Below are positions 26,994 through 32,000 of a stretch of 32,000 nucleotides of DNA, piece after piece. The stretch covers positions 3,750,001-3,782,000 of the forward strand of contig NC_020304.1 in assembly GCF_000341395.1 (NCBI RefSeq), in the 5' to 3' direction. Numbering within the stretch: the stretch's first letter is position 1; the number at the start of each line of letters is the position of its first letter. The DNA is from Desulfocapsa sulfexigens DSM 10523. GTDB lineage: Bacteria; Desulfobacterota; Desulfobulbia; Desulfobulbales; Desulfocapsaceae. Below the pieces are notes generated by a model, which was not told where the DNA came from, searched no databases, and worked only from the letters and a program-made list of their open reading frames with translations. The translations under genes were made by a program, and so were the position numbers.

Positions 26994-28217
26994 ATGAATC
27001 TGGTATTTCAGACTATAAAATTACAAAGATTCCTATACACAATATGTTTTGTCTTTCTTTTTTCCCTGTCTCTGATTGCAGCGAACGCAAATGCATCCAC
27101 TCAAAACAATGAGGTTATCATTGACAATGGAGACCTTCTGTATGTCGTTATTCCAAAAGAGATTACCAGTGAGTTCAGTCCAACTGAAAAAAACTACTTT
27201 AAAGAGAAGGTGGAGGTTGACAGACATGGCTTTATTTTTCTACCAAGCCAGGGAAATATAAAGATTTCCGGTCACACCACGAAACAAATTAGTGATATAC
27301 TGACAAACAATCTTCCTAAATATCTCTCTAAAAGTGACAGGGCCTCGGTCAATCTCATAGAAAAAAGACACTATGTTCAAATCCTTGGCAATGTGTCAGC
27401 TCCCGGATGGTACAACATCCCGGAATCTGCAAATATCCAGACAATTCTCAGTCAGGCAGGGGGAGCTTCGGAGAACGCAGACCTTTCAAAGGTAAGCATA
27501 TCGAGAATAGAGGATGGCAAACACCAGAAAATTACTGCTGATATCCAACAGTACCTGTTGAAGGGTGACCCTCTGATTTTACCGCCACTCCATGAGAATG
27601 ACACTGTCTTTGTTCCTCTCTTTGACACAATAGCTGATACCGGTAAGTCAGTCAGTGATACATCAAAGGTACGGATTTTTGGAGCTGTAAACAATCCCGG
27701 TATTTACCCGGCACCTGAGGGAATGAGTTTTCTTGATCTTTTGATTACGGCCCATGGTGAAACAGTAAGTGCAGATTTAACAAACATAAAAATCATTCGA
27801 GCAGGTGGAGGCAAAGACACCTTCAATATGCAGGCATTGCTTGATAGTGATGGCTCGATGGAATCATCCGCCTTTCCAATTATTAAAGGTGGCGATATCG
27901 TGCATGTTCCGAGGAAAGTTCTTGTCACAAATGATGGCCGTAACAATTCCCTGGCGGTTCAGCAAACCATTACAATTACAGGACCTGGAAGTAGCAATCG
28001 TGGCCTGCGCGCCTTTACATCACCAATGACTCCCCTTGAGGCCATTTCCCAGGCAGGTGGAGTGAGTGATTTTGCCGATACAAACGATATGTTCATCATC
28101 CGCAGAGTAGATGGAAAACAGCAAAATCTACCATATAATTACGACAAGGCCCTGGAAGGGAAAGAACCTGATGTGGATTTTCAACTGCAAGCTGGTGATA
28201 TTATATATATACCGTAA
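26994..28217 (+). CDS. Periplasmic/outer-membrane polysaccharide export protein (Wza/EpsE-like, SLBB repeats)
   Basis: Start at the ATG at 26994 gives the signal peptide ...FVFLFSLSLIAANANA|ST. N-terminal VIIDNGDLLYVVIP (Poly_export-like) is followed by three SLBB-like modules (GWYNIPESANIQTILSQAGGASENADLSKVSISR; GIYPAPEGMSFLDLLITAHG...IKIIR; PLEAISQAGGVSDFADTNDMFIIRR). Confidence 0.8.
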   Translation: MNLVFQTIKLQRFLYTICFVFLFSLSLIAANANASTQNNEVIIDNGDLLYVVIPKEITSEFSPTEKNYFKEKVEVDRHGFIFLPSQGNIKISGHTTKQISDILTNNLPKYLSKSDRASVNLIEKRHYVQILGNVSAPGWYNIPESANIQTILSQAGGASENADLSKVSISRIEDGKHQKITADIQQYLLKGDPLILPPLHENDTVFVPLFDTIADTGKSVSDTSKVRIFGAVNNPGIYPAPEGMSFLDLLITAHGETVSADLTNIKIIRAGGGKDTFNMQALLDSDGSMESSAFPIIKGGDIVHVPRKVLVTNDGRNNSLAVQQTITITGPGSSNRGLRAFTSPMTPLEAISQAGGVSDFADTNDMFIIRRVDGKQQNLPYNYDKALEGKEPDVDFQLQAGDIIYIP

Positions 28218-28248
28218 CCCTCATTATCCTTTATTTTCAGAACAGCAA

Positions 28249-31092
28249 TTATTGTTCAATCTCACTCATCCACTGCTCAACCTGCTTTTGGTCAGCAGTG
28301 GACAGCTTCATGGATTTAGCAGTATCAAAGGCCTTCTTAGCCGCCTCAGGTTCTTCTTTCTTCAAATACACTGCGCCGAGATGCATATGAGCCGGGCCAT
28401 ACTGGCCATCTTTCTCAACTGCTTGCTCAACATACTTTTTGGCCATAAGAAGCGAGCCCTGCTGGTAATACACCCAGCCTAACGCATCTGCAACGTGTGG
28501 ATTTCCCGGTTGAGCATCATAGGCCTGCTGCGCAAGTTCGAGAGCTTTGGTGATATTCCTGTTTTGGTCAGCATAGAGAATTGCAAGGTGAGCGGCAGCG
28601 TCACTGTTAAATCCTTCCGAATCAAGAATCTCTTCAAAAAGAAGTATTGCCTGGGCAACATTACCACTTTCTTTCTCAGCCATTGCCTTTTCGAATTTTA
28701 TTTTCGACTCACCTAATTTCCCAAGGGCTTCCTTCGCTACTTCAAGCTCTGCCCCCTGAATACCTTTTTGAATGGCATCCGCTAACAGTTCTTCAGCCTC
28801 CTGAATGTTTCCCTGACCAAATTGAAGCATTCCCATATGGAACATAATCGTTGGATTGTCAGGTTTTGCATCCATTGCCGTTTGTAGATAGGGTTCTGCC
28901 TGGGAATATGCCTGTTTTTTTACATAAATCCAGCCAAGGGTATCCGCGACATCGGGGTTTTCCGGGAGTTCTTTGGATACTGCACTGGCAAGTTCAAGGG
29001 CACGATCAAGTTTGCCGCCTTCTGCGGTATACAAAAAGGCAAGATTGTTCATGGCAGGTAAAAAATCAGCCTTCTGCTCCAACACCTTTTCATAACTGGC
29101 TATGGCCTCTGACTGATTTCCACTTTTCAAATAGTAATCCGCAAGTTTCATCATGATCCCAATATCATCTGGAACACGTTCAAGAGCTTTTTTATAGTAA
29201 TGGACTGCTTTCTTACCATCTTTTTTTGCAAGATATAATTCGGCAAGCATTACAATGGGGGCAACCTCTTTTCCATTATCTGCCACCGGTGAGAGAACAT
29301 TCTCAGCCAGATCAAGATAGCCCTGAGAAATATAAATCTTCGCTTTTATTATAGTAGCCGGACTGTTCTCAGGAAACTTTGCTAAAAAGGCATCAGCAAT
29401 CTGCATTGCCTTTTCATATTTCTTTTGCAGCACATTAATGCCGACAATTCTATTTAAAACCTGGACACTCTCTGGCTTTTCTTCCTCAAGTGCTTCATAG
29501 ATAGGCAGGGCCTTATCATACTCCTGGGTAAAGAAATAAATTTCAGCCAAACGAAATTTATGCCAGATTATTTCCGGCTCCTTCTCAACAAGTAATTGTG
29601 CATCAGCAAGAGCTTCCTCCGGTTTCCCCATTTTCAGAAGCAGTGAAATACGCATTGCTCTGGCCTTATTATCCCCAACCTGCTGTGCTATCACCTTGTC
29701 AATTTCATCAAGGCTTGCCTGAAAATCGCCCTTCTTAGCGTACAATTCCGCAAGTGCCATTCGTGCCTTCACGAGATTAGGATCTTTCTTCAGTGCCTCA
29801 CTGATCTCAGTAATCGAGATATCCTGGGACTCTTCCATAAAAGTCAATCCGTACAAAAACTGGTTCTCTGCCGCATCCGGGGCAAGCTCCTTTGCCTTGG
29901 AAAATTGTTCACGGGCTTCAACAATATCTTTTTCCTGCATCATCATAAGGCCCTTCAGGAAATGACCACGGGCATCACCACTGTTTTCTTTCAAAAGCGC
30001 ATCAACTGAACTTCTTGCCTGATCAAATTCACCCTGTGCCAGAAACAGCTCAACGACTTTTGATTTGAGACCCTTTTTACTTCCATCTTCTGCAATAATG
30101 ATCTCCAGAATTTCCTGTGCTTCCTTATATTTTTTTAGAAATGAATAGTAATCAACCAGGATCATTTGATTAATCTGACGTGTCACCTCGGTTGCAGACT
30201 CGACGGCTTTCTGAAAATATTTCAACGCAGTCTCACTATCACCCTGACGATGAAGAATCATAGCATGTAATCTAAAGAGTCCGGAATCATTGACACCAGC
30301 ATTTTCTGCTTCGAGAAGAATATCCTTCGCAGGATCAGGCTGATTCTTCTGCAATGATAATTGTGCAAGCAACGAGTAGGGCTTTGGATTCTCAGGATTT
30401 TTTTCCTTAAGAGCTTCAAGGCTTAAAAGCGCCAGATCATAGCGCTCAAGCTTTATATACATTTGAGCCAGGGAAATCTGCAATTCAAGATCATCTGGAT
30501 TTTCATTGGCCAGAGATTCAAGCATAGAACGGCCTTCTTCAATATCACCCTTGGTGACAAGAATTTTGGCTAAATTGACACGGGCGGGAAGACTTTCAGG
30601 GTATTTCTCGCCTGCTACTCTCAGAATTGCCACGGCCTCATCAAGCTTCTTTAAATAGGCCAACGAGTTACCAAGGATCAGGTACACATCCTCATCATCA
30701 CCATTCAGTTCAATGTATTGCTCACAATTTTTCACCACCTGCTCAAGGGCACGATTCTCCACAAGAAGGAATATCAATTCCTTGCGTGCCTCTGCCATAT
30801 TTGAATCCTGCTGAAGAGCAAGGCTTAACTGGCCAAAGGCGAGTTTTGCATCTCCTTTTTTGTGGTATATTTGACCAAGCTTGTAGTGAGCCAAAGCCAT
30901 TTCCGGTTCTTTCTGCAATGCCTTTTTAAACCAGATGATAGCCTCATCAGCTTTTTCAGCATCCATGGCTGCAACTCCCTGCTGATACAGTTCATTGGCA
31001 TTCTCGCCGGAGCAGCCACCCAGTATCAATAGCAAACCGAAAAGTGCCAGCAAACGAAGAAACGATTGTCTTGTATAAAGCATGAGATCCAC
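28249..31092 (-). CDS. prsT: PEP-CTERM system TPR-repeat lipoprotein (PrsT-like)
   Basis: 947 aa made almost entirely of TPR repeats, with a lipoprotein signal ...LLLILGGC|SG and an AGGTGG Shine-Dalgarno 5 nt before the ATG. Size, architecture and location beside a Wza-like gene and an exosortase locus match PrsT. Confidence 0.8.
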   Translation of the reverse strand: MDLMLYTRQSFLRLLALFGLLLILGGCSGENANELYQQGVAAMDAEKADEAIIWFKKALQKEPEMALAHYKLGQIYHKKGDAKLAFGQLSLALQQDSNMAEARKELIFLLVENRALEQVVKNCEQYIELNGDDEDVYLILGNSLAYLKKLDEAVAILRVAGEKYPESLPARVNLAKILVTKGDIEEGRSMLESLANENPDDLELQISLAQMYIKLERYDLALLSLEALKEKNPENPKPYSLLAQLSLQKNQPDPAKDILLEAENAGVNDSGLFRLHAMILHRQGDSETALKYFQKAVESATEVTRQINQMILVDYYSFLKKYKEAQEILEIIIAEDGSKKGLKSKVVELFLAQGEFDQARSSVDALLKENSGDARGHFLKGLMMMQEKDIVEAREQFSKAKELAPDAAENQFLYGLTFMEESQDISITEISEALKKDPNLVKARMALAELYAKKGDFQASLDEIDKVIAQQVGDNKARAMRISLLLKMGKPEEALADAQLLVEKEPEIIWHKFRLAEIYFFTQEYDKALPIYEALEEEKPESVQVLNRIVGINVLQKKYEKAMQIADAFLAKFPENSPATIIKAKIYISQGYLDLAENVLSPVADNGKEVAPIVMLAELYLAKKDGKKAVHYYKKALERVPDDIGIMMKLADYYLKSGNQSEAIASYEKVLEQKADFLPAMNNLAFLYTAEGGKLDRALELASAVSKELPENPDVADTLGWIYVKKQAYSQAEPYLQTAMDAKPDNPTIMFHMGMLQFGQGNIQEAEELLADAIQKGIQGAELEVAKEALGKLGESKIKFEKAMAEKESGNVAQAILLFEEILDSEGFNSDAAAHLAILYADQNRNITKALELAQQAYDAQPGNPHVADALGWVYYQQGSLLMAKKYVEQAVEKDGQYGPAHMHLGAVYLKKEEPEAAKKAFDTAKSMKLSTADQKQVEQWMSEIEQ

Positions 31093-31257
31093 CTGGTCCT
31101 GTATTGTCCTGAAAAAAAGCTACAGAATTCGTAACATAATATTTTTATTGATTATAATGAACTATCAGAAATGGTCTCAAAAGGCAAACACTAACTCTTT
31201 GTTTGCAGTTGAAACTCCATGCCATGTATGACGATAAAGCTTGGGGAGATTTTATAA

Positions 31258-31479
31258 TTATTTATCTCCTGTTGTTTTTTCTTTTTCCAGGGTCTTCTTG
31301 ATCCATCCCAACCGAATATGGTACTGATGACCACCATCAATCCACTTCTCACAGGTTTCTTCCGTGGTCTTCACAGGATACGGATTTACAGTCTTATCCA
31401 CTCGACACACACCGGAATAGGGATCCTCGAGCCTGAATTTACGACAACTGAGGCATATTCGTTTTTGTATATATATCAT
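31258..31479 (-). CDS. Hypothetical small Cys-containing protein (CxxC...C...C)
   Basis: 73 aa: MIYIQKRICLSCRKFRLEDPYSGVCRVDKTVNPYPVKTTEETCEKWIDGG..., with a basic/acidic tail. It lies in the same orientation between bioD and prsT. No family recognised. Confidence 0.45.
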   Translation of the reverse strand: MIYIQKRICLSCRKFRLEDPYSGVCRVDKTVNPYPVKTTEETCEKWIDGGHQYHIRLGWIKKTLEKEKTTGDK

Positions 31480-31542
31480 TTTTTACTCCAGTAGAATCCT
31501 GTCTATTTGAGCAGGTTTGGCACAACCTAGAAAGTGTATGTG

Positions 31543-32000
31543 TTACAAGGAAAACCATCGAAGACAATCCATATAGGGGCCGGAATCCCGATAACTCTCT
31601 AGGGAGTTCATATCAACAACGGTTGGAGAAAAACCATATTTGCGAAGAGAACTGACGAAAACATTTCTTGAATCAAGGCAAATAGTATCATCACAGGATG
31701 CATAGCAATTATAGATAATCCCTTTCACTTCTATCCCTCTTCTCTTTGCCAGTTCCAGAGCTGAAAGGGTGTGATTTATAGACCCCAGCCTTGGACTTGA
31801 CACTAAAATCATTGGATAATGCTGTTCTTGAAGGTAATCGAGGAATGTCATATCTCTGGTAAGTGGAACCATCAGTCCTCCCGCCCCCTCAAGCAGTACA
31901 TGCTCATAACTTGCAGCTAAAGTCTTTGTCGCAACCGTGATTTTTTCCAGATCAATCTGGGTGTCTTCCAGCTCAGCAGCAAGATGTGGAGAACAGGGTT
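31543..32000 (-). CDS. bioD: Dethiobiotin synthase, C-terminal part (5' end outside the window)
   Basis: The frame stays open upstream of the listed Met and reads ...VLLEGAGGLMVPLT..., followed by ILVSSPRLGSINHTLSALELAKRRGIEVKGIIYN, a typical BioD sequence. Confidence 0.8.
   Translation of the reverse strand, partial: PCSPHLAAELEDTQIDLEKITVATKTLAASYEHVLLEGAGGLMVPLTRDMTFLDYLQEQHYPMILVSSPRLGSINHTLSALELAKRRGIEVKGIIYNCYASCDDTICLDSRNVFVSSLRKYGFSPTVVDMNSLESYRDSGPYMDCLRWFSL

Noticed and set aside
28111-30929. Several + strand ORFs (28111-28482, 28495-28716, 28647-28847, 28851-29156, 30627-30929)
   Set aside because: All lie antisense inside the 947-aa TPR gene. The repetitive TPR codon pattern keeps the opposite frames open.
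31183-31189. GGCAAAC, reminiscent of the conserved core of c-di-GMP (GEMM-I) riboswitches, upstream of prsT
   Set aside because: It lies on the wrong strand relative to prsT, and the rest of the GEMM consensus and its pairing elements are not apparent.
31518-31533. TGGCAC-N5 sequence resembling the -24 element of a sigma54 promoter
   Set aside because: The -12 position reads AGAAA instead of TTGCW. The element also points along the + strand, where no gene follows.
1-32000. Search for CRISPR arrays, tRNA/rRNA genes, IS elements, and integrase or transposase genes
   Set aside because: I noticed no spaced repeat arrays, no cloverleaf-like or rRNA-like segments, and no ORF with transposase or integrase motifs. 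Every gap longer than about 150 bp is accounted for as a promoter or intergenic region.

Overview
The window is dominated by a large exosortase (PEP-CTERM-type) exopolysaccharide locus from a Gram-negative bacterium. The taxon cannot be determined by eye. I saw no rRNA, tRNA, CRISPR array, transposase or integrase.

Layout, left to right:
- 1-1577: the 3' end of sbcC and two small membrane ORFs.
- 1710-6391, + strand: ParA-type ATPase, a BY-kinase-like protein with degenerate catalytic motifs, a Wzz-type co-polymerase and a secreted outer-membrane beta-barrel.
- 6574-8116: a hipBA toxin-antitoxin pair wedged into the convergence point of the two EPS operons.
- 22557 down to 8140, - strand: priming sugar transferase, exosortase, EpsI, four GT2 glycosyltransferases, pyruvyl transferase, Wzx flippase, Wzy/O-antigen-ligase-like protein and a split Alg14/Alg13-like transferase.
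- 12379-14983, + strand, interrupting that operon: SGNH hydrolase, hexapeptide acetyltransferase and a secreted beta-helix protein.
- 22807-26715: ugd, an MBL/beta-CASP hydrolase and galE.
- 26994-32000: Wza-like exporter, the roughly 950 aa PrsT TPR lipoprotein, a small Cys-containing ORF and the 3' part of bioD.

Most of this belongs to a known class of locus, so I do not claim a clearly new system.

The best candidate for something undescribed is the ParA plus pseudo-BY-kinase plus co-polymerase plus beta-barrel module. The tyrosine-kinase homologue has lost its Walker A lysine, its second Walker A' aspartate and its Tyr-rich tail, while an intact ParA-type ATPase sits directly upstream.

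Secondary points:
- The embedded hipBA pair has a near-consensus promoter with an inverted repeat and a probably leaderless antitoxin mRNA.
- A C9 tract lies in the galE/wza divergent intergenic region, and an A10 tract lies at the 5' end of the Alg14-like gene.
- A decayed nucleotidyltransferase-like remnant follows ugd.
- No PEP-CTERM substrate gene is present in the 32 kb.

All family assignments are motif recognition by eye. No searches were run.
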